64,000 bases of DNA from Mobula hypostoma (Eukaryota): the NCBI RefSeq assembly GCF_963921235.1, contig NC_086097.1, positions 33,048,001 to 33,112,000 of the forward strand, given 5' to 3'. Position numbers and translations under genes: made by a program. The notes under the pieces are model-generated. The model did no database searches, had not been told where the DNA came from, and worked only from the letters and a program-made list of their open reading frames with translations. Of the stretch, positions 14,280 to 27,284 are shown in pieces (the stretch's first letter is position 1; each line of letters opens with the position of its first letter).

Positions 14280-14880
14280 CAGATGTATGGTGGAGAGTAT
14301 ATTGACTGGTTGCATCATGGCCAGATATGGAAACACCAATGCCCTTGAACAGAAAATCCTATAAAAAATAGTAGATATGGCCCAGTCCATCGAGGGTAAT
14401 GCCTTTCCCACCATTGAGCACAACTACACAGAGCACTGTTGCAGCAAAATCAGTATCCATCATCAGGGAACCCTGCCACTCAGGCCTTGCTCTCTTCTCA
14501 CTGCTGCCATCGGGAAGAAGGCACAGGAGCCTCAGGACCCACACCATCAGGTTCTGGAACAGTTATTATCCCTTAACTATCAGGCTGTTGAACCAGTGGG
14601 GATAACTTCACTTATCTTCACTGAACTGTTGCCACAACCTTGGGACTCATTTTCAAGGACTCTTCATCTCATGTTCTCGATGTTTATTGCTTATTTATTC
14701 ATTTATTTATTTATTTTGTATTTACACAGACAATTGTCTTTTGCACATTGGTTGCTTGTCCATCATGTTGGGTGCAGCTTTTCACTGATTCTATTATGTT
14801 TCTTGAATTTACTGAGTATTCCAACAAGAAAACAAATCTTAAGGTTGTGTATATACTTTGATAATAAATTTGCTTCGAAC
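14280..14880 (+). mobile_element. Rex1/Babar 3' fragment
   Basis: VESILTGCI and LFSLLPSGRRHRSLRTHTIRFWNSYYP, followed by the tail tactttgataataaattt. Confidence 0.82.
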
Positions 14881-15179
14881 ATTAAACAGGTTTAGGGTAG
14901 ATCACCACCTTAACCTTGAACCTGCTGCTGCCAGACACTATGCTTGCTATCATTAAACATCATAAAAGATTTGACAGACTACTGTTATAGTTAATTAAAG
15001 TTCTAAATGGAAAATTGTAATGGAATTTTAATAAGTTTTAACTCCACCTAAAAACCACACACTTATTAAATTTTTGCTGAGGTTCCACCCAGTGTGCTCC
15101 ATTGGAGCTGGTTTTGGATGGCAGCTGGAGAGAGCAAGCCTCTGTCGAAGGTGATGAGCTGTTATTGTAGCCCAAGTAT

Positions 15180-15590
15180 CCTCCAAGATGATAACAAGCT
15201 TGTGGTTATTTGGAGGCTTGTGTGCCTCAATGATCCAGAGAGCTACGCTGGCTGGAGTTAGGGCCTTATGTTTTGGCTCTTGGTAGGGTCACGCATGCCA
15301 AACAGGTCAAAGGGTAGAGGCCAGACTAAGAGTGGTTTACTGGGCCTCCAGGTTGGGTGGGGGTGGTTCAGCTCAGGATTAACAACCCTGACTGGTAAAA
15401 CAAAATTGTTATGGAAACAGCAATGAAGAATCCTACATCTGAGTGTGACAATATTCCTGAGTCTCCACCCAGGACTTGTAGTGAAAACCGAGGTACTGAC
15501 CTGATGAAGGAAGCCCTGAGCACCTCCAGAGATGGGGGAACTTCATTGTGGCCCTAAATGCCAGCAGTGTAATGGCAGTAAGTAAGTAGC
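15180..15590 (+). mobile_element. Short non-autonomous RTE-like retroelement (5' UTR fused to 3' end)
   Basis: ggcttgtgtgcctcaatga...ggtagggtcacgcatgcc...aagggtagaggccagactaagag resembles recalled RTE-clade 5' UTRs. It ends in a (gtaa)n tail and has no coding remnant. Confidence 0.55.
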
Positions 15591-16589
15591 CATGTATGTA
15601 AAATAATTCCAGTTATCTACTCTCCAACTATGTGAAAATCCTGATGGTTCACCAGGTTTAGAAACCTGGAAAGGTTAGGAAAGGTCAAAATACATTTATT
15701 ATCAAAGTAAATGTATGTTACCATATCCTTGAGATTCATTTTCTTACAGGCATTTACTAGAAAATAAAGAAATACACGTGAATTTATGAAAAACTAGACA
15801 GAAACAAAGACTAACAAACAATCAAGGTGCAAAAGAAGACAAATTGTGCAAATACTGAGAACATGAGTTGTAAAGAGTCTTTGAAAGTGAGTGTGAGGTC
15901 ATGTAATCAGTTCAAAGTTGAGGTATCCATACCCATTCAGGAACCTAATGGTTGTAGGGCAATAACTATGCTTAACTCTGGTTTTGTGGGACCTAAGGCT
16001 TCTGTACCTTTGTCCGTTAGGATAGCAAGACAAGAGCACAGCCTGGATGTGGAGATCTTTGATGATGGATACTGTTTTCTTTTGAATGCACTTTATGTAA
16101 GTGGGCTCAGCGGTGGGGAGAGCTTTGTCTATGATGGTCTGTAGGCCAAACACGAGCAATGGGACTAACTTGGATGGGCATGGATGATTCGGGCTGAAGG
16201 GCCTGTTTCTATGCTGTATAACTATATATTTGGATCGACAGGGCTCCCTTCCACTCACTAATTACCCAGATCCCACATTCCCTTTGAACTCACTGCGTTA
16301 GCTAGAAATTTGTTATTCTACTGTGTAATAACCCTTCAAAAAAAAAAGTAAATTAATGGAATGATATCCAATACACCAGATGCTCATCCAGTAGCAAAGT
16401 TCCAAATGTGCTCGATTAACTGAGTTATACTGCAGCTAAGGATGGTGCGTGCTTGTGGACTCAAATTCAGGGAGCTTCTGTTGGGAGATATCAGAGCTGA
16501 TCGATTTGGTGCAGGTCACTTTGTTAAAATGCTGAGAATTGGAATCCTCTGTGATAATCTCAGCACTTATTTAATAGTGTTTTTTCAGT

Positions 16590-17450
16590 ACGCCTTTGAC
16601 AAGGTGCCGTACATGAGGATGCTAAGAAAGATAAGAGCCCATTGTACTACAGGAAAGATAGTAGCATCAGAGGAAAGAGGGAGGATCTCATTGTAATCTA
16701 TCAAATATTGAAAGGCCTAGATAGAGTTGGTTTGGTGTTCCTATTGAGGGGTGTTTAGGAACAGAGGGCACAGCCTCAAAATAAGGGGATGTCCCTTTAG
16801 AACAGAGATGAAGAGGAATTTCTTTAGCCAGAGTGTGGTGAATCTGTGAGATTCATTGCACAGGTGGCTAAGGCAGGCCAAGCCATTGTGGATATTTAAA
16901 TCAGAGGTTGATAGGTTCTTGATTAGAAAGGGCATCAAAGCTTATGGGAAGAAGGCATGAGAATGGGTTGAGAGGAAGAATAAATCAGCCATGATGGAAT
17001 TGCAGAGCAGATTCGATGGACCAAATGACCTAATCTGCTCCTTTGTCATATTGTTTTAAATGTACTAAAATAATTTCTTTTTTATCCCTCCATATCACTA
17101 AATTATTTGAGGCATAGATCAAGTGAATAGCCAGTGCCTTTTTTCCAGGGAGGAAATGGCTAATACGAAGAGGCATAATTTTCATGTGATTGAAGGAAAG
17201 TATGGGGGGAGGCAATGTCAGAGGTAGGTTTTTTACACAGAAAATAGTGGATATGTGGAATATGTTGCCAGGGTTGGTGGTAGAGACAAATACATTTGGG
17301 ACACCTTAGATACTCAGATAGGCACATGGATAATAGAAAAATGGAGAGCTATGTAGGAAGGGAGGGTTAGATTGTTCTTAGAGTAGGTTATAAGGTCAGC
17401 ATCTCATTGTGGACTGAAGGATCTGTACTGTGCTATAGTATTCTATGTGC
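16590..17450 (+). mobile_element. Two adjacent CR1 3' fragments
   Basis: gcctttgacaaggtgcc, gaggaatttctttagccagag and typical 3' tails. Similar fragments at about 27720-28130, 30780-31310 (-), 53075-53810 (-), 58405-58690 and 62480-62925. Confidence 0.75.
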
Positions 17451-18357
17451 TTGTTTTGAATAGTACTTGTTCTGGGATTTGGTTCACTTGTAAGATGTAC
17501 TGAATCTACACATACTCTAGTTCTACTGTGGCATTTGAAAATGCAGTGTGGTAGTTACTGTCTATAAATCTTTAATTGGACCCTTGTGTTATTATAATTT
17601 TCTATCTGCTGGTGTACTGGCTTGTGGTTGTGAAACTCTTCTGAGCGTTGTCTATTAAAGTAACTCTGGTTGATCATTATCAGCAGCGACACTCTAGCGT
17701 CCTGCTATGTCAGGTTTAGAATTGCTCCCTTCTCGATTTAAGTAATTAATATCTTTTGTTTCTTTTTTGGTAGTCTTTGACCAGTTAAATTCAATCTGTA
17801 GTGTCATGTAGAAAACATTTCCATTTATCCCCATAAACAATTGCTGGTTGTGTTGTTTTCCAACTGTGCTTCTGGTCCTGTCTGTGAGGATGTTTTGGCT
17901 TTTTATTTGTTCATTTTATTTAGTGCACTGAATTTGTATGATGCATAATCAGTGTTCTTGGCCTGAAAAACCTACCTCAATGCCAGACTGTAATTCTATG
18001 TTTTGTGGGTAACATGTAGCTCACCAGACCCTTGAATGTAGAATCCATTCAAGTTTGAATACAATATTGAACACAAAGCACATGAGAATTTGGTACAGGA
18101 AGGGGTCATTTGGTTCCCGTCAAACCTGCTCCAGATCACAAGATGAGTGCAGGCAGGTATTTAAATGGTCTCCTGGAATGCCGTTGTGTGAAAGGCAATG
18201 GGCCAAGTCTGTAAAATAGGATTACTATATAGGTGGCTGACATGGACAAGATGGACTTAAGGGCCTGTTTCCACATTGTAAGATTGTGACTGTATGACCC
18301 CAGGAAGCTAGAAGGGCCATACTAGAGGTATTTAAAATGAAGAAGATGTTCTTAGGT

Positions 18358-18612
18358 ATGGGCAACACTGTTGCGTAATGCCTTTACAGAGCCACCGACC
18401 CAGGCCCATGTCCGCCGCTGTCTGTAATGAGTTTGTGCATTTTCCCTGTGACTGTGTGTGTTTCTTCCAGGTGCTCTGGTTTCCTCCCATATTGCAAAGA
18501 TGTACAGGTTAGTAGATTAATTGGTCACATGGGTGTAAATGGGTAGCATGGGCTCATTGGGCTGGAAGTGTCTGTCACTGTGCTTTAGCTCCAAATGAGA
18601 TAAAATAAAAAA
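18358..18612 (+). mobile_element. tRNA-derived V-SINE (HE1-like); further copies at about 56500-56795 (+) and 11080-11175 (-)
   Basis: V-domain-like ggtgctctggtttcctcccatattgcaaagatgtacaggtt...ttaattggtca, with an A-rich tail. Confidence 0.75.
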
Positions 18613-20329
18613 GATTTCATATAGAGCAGGTGGAAAGAAACTGTTCCCTTTGGAGCGAGTATTAAGAACGGGAGGATCTGAAGTTGTATAGCGTGAAAAT
18701 ATGCATTCAACCCGCCACATCCAAATTATCCATATAAATCCCATCTCCCACCACTTGACTCTGTAGCTTTCAATGCCAAGCCAATCCAATGCTCATTTAG
18801 ATACTTAAGTACTGTTAGTGCCTGTTTCCACCACTCTCTCAAGCCGAGAGTTCTAGGTACCCACCACTCTGGGTAAAAAAAAAGTCCTCAGATCCTTTTT
18901 AAGTATTTTGCCACTTAGCCTAAATTTATGTCATCTTGTTTTATCTACCTCTGATACGTGGGAAAGTTTCTTGCAATATGCTCTATCTATACCCATCATA
19001 ATTTTATATATGTCAATCGTGTCTCCTGTTAACCACCTCTGTTACAGGGAGGACAGACTCAGTCTCTTATGGTAACTGAATTGTTCGATCCCAAGAAACA
19101 TTTTGGTGGATCTCCTCTGCCAAAGGTGAAATGACGAAACAATATTTTATGCAGCAAATGGATCCAGCATGGTGATCAGAACTGTATATTTTGCTCCAGC
19201 TGAAATTTGACCAGCAGGGTCAGGAAATGACCTCCCCATCTTGTATTCAATGCCCCAACCAATGAAAGCTAATGTCCTATGTGCCTACATTATCTGCATC
19301 AACTGCCACCTTCAGGGTTCAGAGTAAGTTATTATCAAAGTACATTTATGTTACCATATACATCCTTGAGATTTGTTTACTTGCAGGCATTCTTAGTAGA
19401 ACAAAGAAATACAATAGGATCAATAAAAAACTACACCGAAACAATGAGTGACGAACAACCATCTAAGGACTTGTGCTTCTGCTCCTCAAACTCCTTGAGA
19501 GCATTACCATTCATGGTGTATGTCCTGGTGTCCTAAAATGCATTACCTCGCCTTTATCAGGATTGCACACCATCGGTGATTTCTCAGCCTACTTCACCAA
19601 CATATTGATATCACCCTGTATCCTAAACTACCCACACACTGTCAACAACTTCCACCAATCGTTGTGTCATTTGTGAACCTGCTGGTCATTCCTCCTACAT
19701 CCACAATGTACAGGTATGTTGCTCGTAAAATCCAGAATCACCAAAGGTGACATGAGGAAAAATTATTTTATGCAGTAAGTGATCAGGTTCTGAATCTCAC
19801 TGCCGGGGTAGTATTAGACGAAGACTCATTCATTCATGATATGTGGAAAGAAGTGGATAAATACTTGAAAAGAAATTAAAACTGCGGGGTACTAGGGAGT
19901 AGGCAGGGGGATGACAGTAGCCAGATAGCATTTGTACAGCATCACCATAGATTTGAAGGGCCAAATAACTTTTCTTTCTGTAATATTACAGTAAGTTTTT
20001 CATAAAGAGATGTAAGTTCTCTCCGTGTCCAGATCAATATGTCCCCCACAGCTTTTGGTCACCTTTCAGGAGTGTGTGCGCCATGCGAGGCAGCAGCATG
20101 TAACAGTAGCTCCAAGTGTTTGTCTTAACATTATTTAGCATGTTTCTTTTGTTTGTCTTTGTACTGGCTAGCAATACTGTGAAATAACAAAGGACATTAA
20201 TCTATTTGAGGATATTTTCATCATCCTTCTGGCTCTCAGGCTACTTTATTCCATTGGCATAACTACTGTAGTGGAGGCAATATTGTATATACAAGGGTAC
20301 AGCTACTAGCAGCCAGGAAGCAGCCTTTG

Positions 20330-20920
20330 TTTGCTCAGCAGAACCTTGAAATGCCAGATAAATTGAGACGGAGACATTGAGTTTGCAGATCGGGTAAAAA
20401 GTGGTGCAACAAGAAATGAAGAAATAAATCCTATCTTCCATCTATCATTATCACTGGCAAGTAAAATAGAGGAACTACCAATACTTGCGCGAACACTGAA
20501 TGAATACCGGAAATGCATTGTAATGTGTTTCACAAAGACATGGCTACACGAGCAAATCCCCGGATTCCAAAGCTACTGAATGGATTTCCAATACTACGAG
20601 CAGACAGAGTTAATATACAGTGCAGTAAGAGGAAGGGAGGTGGGCTTGCTGTGCTTGTGAACAACAGATGATGTAATCCCAGTCACATTTCTGTGAAAGA
20701 ACGAATCTGCAGTTCGGACATCGAACTGCATGCTGTAAGCTTGCATCCATATTGTCTGTCGTGTGAGTTCAGCCACGCCTTATTGATCATTGTTTACATT
20801 CCACCTTCCCAACACAGTCACGATGTTGCCTGTGACATCATACACACTACCACCCTGAGACTCCAGACTCAACAGCCCAATGTGTTTATTGCAGTATCGT
20901 GGGACTTCAACCATGTTTCT
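20330..20920 (+). mobile_element. Rex1/Babar-type LINE AP-endonuclease fragment
   Basis: CFTKTWL, GRGGGL, CSSDIELHAVSLHPYCLSCEF, VYIPP and DFNH motifs. Confidence 0.75.
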
Positions 20921-20922
20921 CT

Positions 20923-23430
20923 TGTGGTTTGAGTTAAGAAACTGCAAGGATAGAAGGACCCTGATGGCAGTTATATACCGGCCTCCCAACAGTAGCTGAG
21001 ATGTGGATCACAGATTGCAAAAGAAAATAGAAAAAGCTTGTCAAAAAGGTAATGTTATGATAGTCATGGCAGATTTTAACATGCAAGTTGATTGGGGAAA
21101 ATCAGGTTGGAAATGGATCTCAACAGAGTGAATTTGTTGGATATCTACGAGGTGGCTTTTTAGAGCAGTTTACCATTGAGTCTTGTAGGGGATCAGCTAT
21201 ATTGGATTGGGTGTTATGTAATGAACCAGATGTGATTAGGGAGCTTAAGGTAAAAGAACCCTTCGGAGCCAGTGATTACAATGTGATTGAGTTCAACTTT
21301 AAATTTGATAGAGAGAAAGTAAAGTCTGACGTAGCAGTATTTCAATGGAGTAAAGGAAATTACAGTGGTATGAGAGAACAGTTGGCCGAAATAAATTGGA
21401 AAGAGCTGCTGGCTGGGATGACAACAGAGCAGCAATGGTGTGAGTTTCTAGGAAAAATGATGAAGGTGCAGGACAAATATGTATTCCAAAAAAGGAGAAA
21501 TACTCATGGCAAAATAGTACAACCATGACTGACAAGGGAAGTCAAATCTAATGTAAAAACAAAAGAGACGCATACAACAAAGCAGAAATTAGCAGGAAGG
21601 TAGAGGACTGGCAAGCTTTTAAAACCTACAGAAAGCAACTAAAAGAATCATTAGGAGGGAAAAGATGAAATATGAAAGCAAGCTGGCAAACAATATCAAA
21701 GTGGATAGTAAAAGCTTTTTCAAGAATGTAAAAAAAAAGAAATGAGAGTGGATATAGGACTGCTAGAAAATGAGGCCAGATAAATAATAACGGGGGACAA
21801 GGAGGTGGATGATGAACTAAATTAGTATTTTGCATCAATCTTCACTGTGGAAGACACTAGCAGTGTACCAGATGTTGTTGTGTGTGAAGGAAGAGAAGTG
21901 AGTGCAGTTACTATTACAAGGAAGAAGGTGCTCAAAAAGCTGAAATACCTGAGGGTACATTAGTCACCCGGATCAGATGAACTGCACCCTAGGGTTTTGA
22001 AGGAGGTAGCGTTAGAGATTGTGGAGGCGTTGGTAATGATCTTTCAAAAATCATTGGACTGCGGCTTGGTGACAGAGGACTGGAAAATTGCAAATGTCAT
22101 GTCACTCTTTAAGAAAGGAGGAATGCAGTAGTAAGGAAATTATAGACAAGTTAGCCTGACCTCAGTGGTTGGGAAGATGTTGGAGTCAATTGTCAAGGAT
22201 GAGGTTATGGAATACTTGATGACGCAGGATAGGATAGGACAGTCAGCATGGTTTCCTAAAGGGAAAATCTTGCCTGACAAACCTGTTGGAATTCATTGAG
22301 GAGATTACAAGTAGGATAGATAAAGGGAAAGCAGTGTATATTTGGACTTTCAGAAGGCCTTTGAGAAGGTGCCACACATAATGTTGCTTACCAAGTTAAG
22401 AGCCCATGGTATTACAGGCAAATTACTAACATGGTTAAAGCATTTGCTCATTAGTAAGAGGCAGCAAGTGGGAATAAAAGGATCCTTGTCTGGTGTGGTG
22501 GTTCCGCAGGGTTGGTGTTGAGACCACTTCTTTCTATGTTTTATGTTAATGATTTAGATGATGGAATAGATGGCTTTGTTGCCAAGTTTGCAGATGGTAC
22601 AAAGATGGGGGCAGGTAGTGTTGAGTAAACAAATTGCAGAAGGACTTACGACAGATTAGGAGAATGGGCAAGAAAGTGGCAAATGAAATACAATGTTGGA
22701 AAATACATGGTTTTGCATTTTGGTGGTAGAAATAAATGTAGAGATTATTTTCTGAATGGGGAGAACATCCAAAAATCTGAGATGCAAATGGATTTGCGAG
22801 TCCTTGTGCAGAGCATCCTAAAGGTTAACTTGTAGGTTGTGTCAGTGGTGAGGAAAGCAAATGCAATGTTTGCATTCATTTCGAGGAGTCTTGAAAACAA
22901 GAGCAGGGATGTGATGCTGAGGCTTTAAAAGCCACTGGTGAGGCCTCACCTTGAGTATTGTGAGTAGTATTGGGTTCCTCACCTAAGACAAGATATGCTG
23001 ACATTGGAGAGGGTCCAGAGCCGGTTCACAAGGATGTTTCTGGGAATGAAAGGGTTATCATACAAGTAATGTTTGATGGCTGTGGGTCTGTACTCGCTGG
23101 AATTTAGAAGGATGAGAGGGGATCTCATTGAAACTTTTTGAACGTTGAAAGGCCTAGACAGAGTAGATGTGGAAAGGATGTTTCCTATGGTTGGGGAGTC
23201 TAGGACAAGAGGGCACAGCCTCTGGATAGAGGGGCATCCATTTTAAACAGATGCAGAGAAATTTCTTTAGTCAGAGGGTGGTGAATTTGTGGAATTTGTT
23301 ATCGCATGCAGCTGTGGAGGACAGGTCATTAGGTGTATCTAAGACAGAGTTCATTTGAACACAGCATCAAAGGTTATGGGGAGAAAGCTGGGGAGTGGGA
23401 TTGAGGATGGGAAAGAAGGATCAGCCATGA
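20923..23430 (+). mobile_element. CR1 LINE, 5'-truncated ORF2 (decayed)
   Basis: AILDWVLCNEP and SDYNVIEF, followed by RT motifs and the CR1 3' end. Same subfamily as 42014-45124. Confidence 0.92.
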
Positions 23431-24530
23431 TCTTTTACAGAGAGTGGTGTGCCTGGAATGCACTGCCCAAGGTGTTGGTAGACACTGACACATTAGGGGC
23501 ATTCGAGGCTGATAAATAAGCACATGGATAAAACAAAATATGGAGGGTTATGGGGTGTTTAGGAGGGAAGGGTTGATTGATCACGGAGTAGGTTAAAAGA
23601 TCAGTACAAGATCGTGGACCAAAGGATCTGTCTTCTTCATCCTTGTGATTATGGAGAACAGTTGGCAAGCCACACCTGTGGTTGTGTTGAAAATTTGCTT
23701 TGAATTTTAAACACTACCACTTCATATCAGTTCATGCTGTTGGGTGATACAGTTATATACTATTAATGCCATTAAAGGGGGAGTATTTGTACTCCCACCC
23801 ACCTCTGCACTACCTCTCTTCATATGCAGTGCACTGGTCCCACTATTCTGGTCTTACCCTGTACCCATAACAGAACTTGCCTTCCAGATATCCAGGTACT
23901 TACCACATTGAATAAGCAAAAGCTGTTTCTGCCTATTTTGGGTTTGGTCCTTTTCTCATATGAATATTTGGTCCTCTTTTCCTTGCAGCTCCCACAAGTG
24001 TGAACAGTTTTCAGCTACCTACTCCATACAGATCCTCCACCATCTTAGCCTCTCTGCTCTGGGGATAAAACAGGTCAAAGGGAATGTAGACTGGGGTTGC
24101 TAAACTCGATTACTGAGGTCCTGGTAATCTTGGTTCTGGAATGTCATTGCCATGAGTTTCCCAATAGTCCTGAAGTTTAACTGTAATCCCACATGAAGAT
24201 TATTTCAGGTGATGTGCAGCATTGGGGAAAAATCATCGAGGCAAAGGCACAATTTTGTTTGATGCTAGTCTTCATCGAGATTGACTCTGTTGTAACTCCA
24301 GCTCCTTTGCACACTGCTACTAAGTAATTTTCTTTCCCCTCCATCCTGAGTTACCATATCACTATTGATATTCTGTTATGAAGTAACCTTCATCCTGTGT
24401 TATTGACAATATCTTTACTGATGTGAGTTCAACTCCCTCACGCTGACTCTCAGGACCATTTGCAGCTTGTCTAAGCCCTCACTATTTTCATTTTCTTTGA
24501 GAGTTAAAATCAAATGTTATATTCTCTCTT

Positions 24531-26993
24531 TCCAGCAACGACCATGGACACATTCACAGCGATCGCGCAACCACCAACTGCGACTCCAGCCTTGAACTCC
24601 AGGCCGGGTCTTTATGTGCTGCTGTTGTGACTCCCGTCTCCCCTTCCCCCACCACCACTCCGCAGCCCCGTCTTCCTCAGATCCCACCGTCAACTCCTGG
24701 GCCCTCAGAGGCTCCATCTTCCTCTCACCCCAACCCTCCCCTCTCCATTGACACCCCCAGCCTCCCCCCTCCCCCCTCTGATCCCAGCTCTTATCCGTGC
24801 CGGGTCTTTACCATCCCCTCCGACCTTCAACTGTCGGAGGCAGAGCGCTCTGTTCTCAGTAAGGGCCTCACCTTTGTCCCCCTTCGCCCACACCTCAGCG
24901 AGTTCCGTGTTCGCCATGATGCGGAACTTTTCTTCCGCCGTCTCCGTCTCCGAGCCTACTTCTTCGGCAAGGACTCTTCCACCCCCACCGATGACCCCTT
25001 CTCCCGTCTTCATCCCTCCTCTTCTTCATGGACACCCCGCTCTGGTCTTCTGCCTGCTCTGGATCTCTTTATTGCCAACTGCCGACGGGACATCAACCGT
25101 CTCGACTTCACCGCACCTTGTCCCCATTCCAACCTCACTCCTTCGGAACGCTCTGCTCTCCACTCCCTCCGCACTAATCCTAACATTATTATTAAACCCG
25201 CTGATAAAGGGGGTGCTGTTGTAGTCTGGCGTACTGACCTCTACCTTGCCGAGGCACAGCGACAACTCGCGGATACCTCCTCTTATTTACCCCTCGATCG
25301 TGACCCCACTAAGGAGCACCAGGCCATTGTCTCCCACACTATCAACGACTTTATCCGCTCAGGGGATCTCCCATCCACTGCTACCAACCTTCTAGTTCCC
25401 ACACCCCGCACTTCCCGTTTCTACCTCCTACCCAAGATCCACAAACCTGCCTGTCCTGGCCGACCTATTGTCTCAGCTTGCTCCTGCCCCACCGAACTCG
25501 TTTCTGCATACCTCGACACTGTTTTATCACCCCTTGTTCAATCCCTTCCGACCTATGTTTGTGACACTTCTCACGCTCTTAAACTTTTCGATGATTTTAA
25601 GTTCCCTGGCCCCCACCGCTTTATTTTCACCTTGGATGTCCAGTCCCTATATACTTCCATCCCCCATCAGGAAGGTCTCAAAGCTCTACGCTTCTTTTTG
25701 GATTCCAGACCTAATCAGTTCCCCTCTACCACCACTCTGCTCCGTCTAGCAGAATTAGTCCTTACTCTTAATAATTTCTGCTTTTGCTCCTCCCATTTCC
25801 TCCAAACTAAAGGTGTAGCTATGGGCACCCGTATGGGTCCTAGCTATGCCTGCCTTTTTGTTGGGTTTGTGGAACAATCTATGTTCCGTGCCTATTCTGG
25901 TATCTGTCCCCCACTTTTCCTTCGCTACATCGACGACTGCATTGGCGCTGCTTCCTGCACGCATGCAGAACTCATTGACTTTATTAACTTTGCCTCCAAC
26001 TTTCACCCTGCCCTCAAGTTTACCTGGTCCATTTCTGACACCTCCCTCCCCTTTCTAGATCTTTCTGTCTCTGTCTCTGGAGACAGCTTATCCACTGATG
26101 TCTACTATAAGCCTACTGACTCTCACAACTATCTGGACTATTCCTCTTCTCACCCTGTCTCTTGCAAAAACGCCATCCCCTTCTCGCAATTCCTCCGTCT
26201 CCGCTGCATCTGCTCTCAGGATGAGGCTTTTCATTCTAGGACGAGGGAGATGTCTTCATTTTTTAAAGAAAGGGGCTTCCCTTCCTCCACTATCAACTCT
26301 GCTCTTAAACGCATCTCCCCCATTTCACGTACATCTGCTCTCACTCCATCCTCCCACCACCCCACTAGGAATAGGGTTCCCCTGGTCCTCACCTACTACC
26401 CCACCAGCCTCCGGGTCCAACATATTATTCTCCGTAACTTCCGCCACCTCCAATGGGATCCCACCACTAAGCATATCTTTCCCTCCCCGCCTCTCTCTGC
26501 ATTCCGCAGGGATCGCTCCCTACACAACTCCCTTGTCCATTCGTCCCCCCCATCCCTCCCCACTGATCTCCCTCCTGGCACTTATCCGTGTAAGCGGAAC
26601 AAGTGCTACACATGCCCTTACACTTCCTCCCTTACCACCATTCAGGGCCCCAAACAGTCCTTCCAGGTGAGGCATCACTTCACCTGTGAGTCGACTGGGG
26701 TGATATACTGCGTCCGGTGCTCCCGATGTGGCCTTTTATATATTGGTGAGACCCGACGCAGACTGGGAGACCGCTTTGCTGAACATCTACGCTCTGTCCG
26801 CCAGAGAAAGCAGGATCTCCCAGTGGCCACACATTTTAATTCCACATCCCATTCCCATTCTGACATTTCTATCCACGGCCTCCTCTACTGTAAAGATGAA
26901 GCCACACTCAGGTTGGAGGAACAACACCTTATATTCCGTCTGGGTAGCCTCCAACCTGATGGCATGAACATTGACTTCTCTAACTTCCGCTAG
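24531..26993 (+). CDS. PLE reverse transcriptase + GIY-YIG endonuclease; open frame, N-terminus lost by truncation
   Basis: Motifs: LSKGLTF, KPADKGGAVV, LLPKIHK, GRPIVS, DVQSLYTSIP, GVAMGTRMGPSYA, LRYIDD, FLDL, Cys linker CKRNKCYTC, and VIYCVRCSRCGLLYIGETRRRLGDRFAEH. The frame is open from the insertion junction; the track ORF is 24627-26993. Confidence 0.95.
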   Translation, partial: SSNDHGHIHSDRATTNCDSSLELQAGSLCAAVVTPVSPSPTTTPQPRLPQIPPSTPGPSEAPSSSHPNPPLSIDTPSLPPPPSDPSSYPCRVFTIPSDLQLSEAERSVLSKGLTFVPLRPHLSEFRVRHDAELFFRRLRLRAYFFGKDSSTPTDDPFSRLHPSSSSWTPRSGLLPALDLFIANCRRDINRLDFTAPCPHSNLTPSERSALHSLRTNPNIIIKPADKGGAVVVWRTDLYLAEAQRQLADTSSYLPLDRDPTKEHQAIVSHTINDFIRSGDLPSTATNLLVPTPRTSRFYLLPKIHKPACPGRPIVSACSCPTELVSAYLDTVLSPLVQSLPTYVCDTSHALKLFDDFKFPGPHRFIFTLDVQSLYTSIPHQEGLKALRFFLDSRPNQFPSTTTLLRLAELVLTLNNFCFCSSHFLQTKGVAMGTRMGPSYACLFVGFVEQSMFRAYSGICPPLFLRYIDDCIGAASCTHAELIDFINFASNFHPALKFTWSISDTSLPFLDLSVSVSGDSLSTDVYYKPTDSHNYLDYSSSHPVSCKNAIPFSQFLRLRCICSQDEAFHSRTREMSSFFKERGFPSSTINSALKRISPISRTSALTPSSHHPTRNRVPLVLTYYPTSLRVQHIILRNFRHLQWDPTTKHIFPSPPLSAFRRDRSLHNSLVHSSPPSLPTDLPPGTYPCKRNKCYTCPYTSSLTTIQGPKQSFQVRHHFTCESTGVIYCVRCSRCGLLYIGETRRRLGDRFAEHLRSVRQRKQDLPVATHFNSTSHSHSDISIHGLLYCKDEATLRLEEQHLIFRLGSLQPDGMNIDFSNFR

Positions 26994-27284
26994 GCCCCAC
27001 CTCCCCCTCGTACCCCATCTGTTACTCTTTTTAATGCACACATTCTTTCTCTCACTCTCCTTTTTCTCCCTCTGTCCCTCTGAATATACCTCTTGCCCAT
27101 CCTCTGGGTCACCCCCCCCCGTCTTTCTTCCCGGACCTCCTGTCCCATGATCCTCTCGTATCCCCTTCTGCCTATCACCTGTCCAGCTCTCGGCTCCATC
27201 CCTCCCCCTCCTGTCTTCTCCTATCATTTTGCATCTCCCCCTCCCCCTCCAGCTTTCAAATCCCTTACTCACTCTTCCTTCAGT

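Noticed and set aside
26098..26670. 190-aa and 158-aa alternative-frame ORFs within the PLE, repeated in both copies
   Set aside because: These are Pro/Ser/Leu-rich shadow ORFs caused by stop-codon scarcity in C-rich sequence. They recur only because the two copies are nearly identical.
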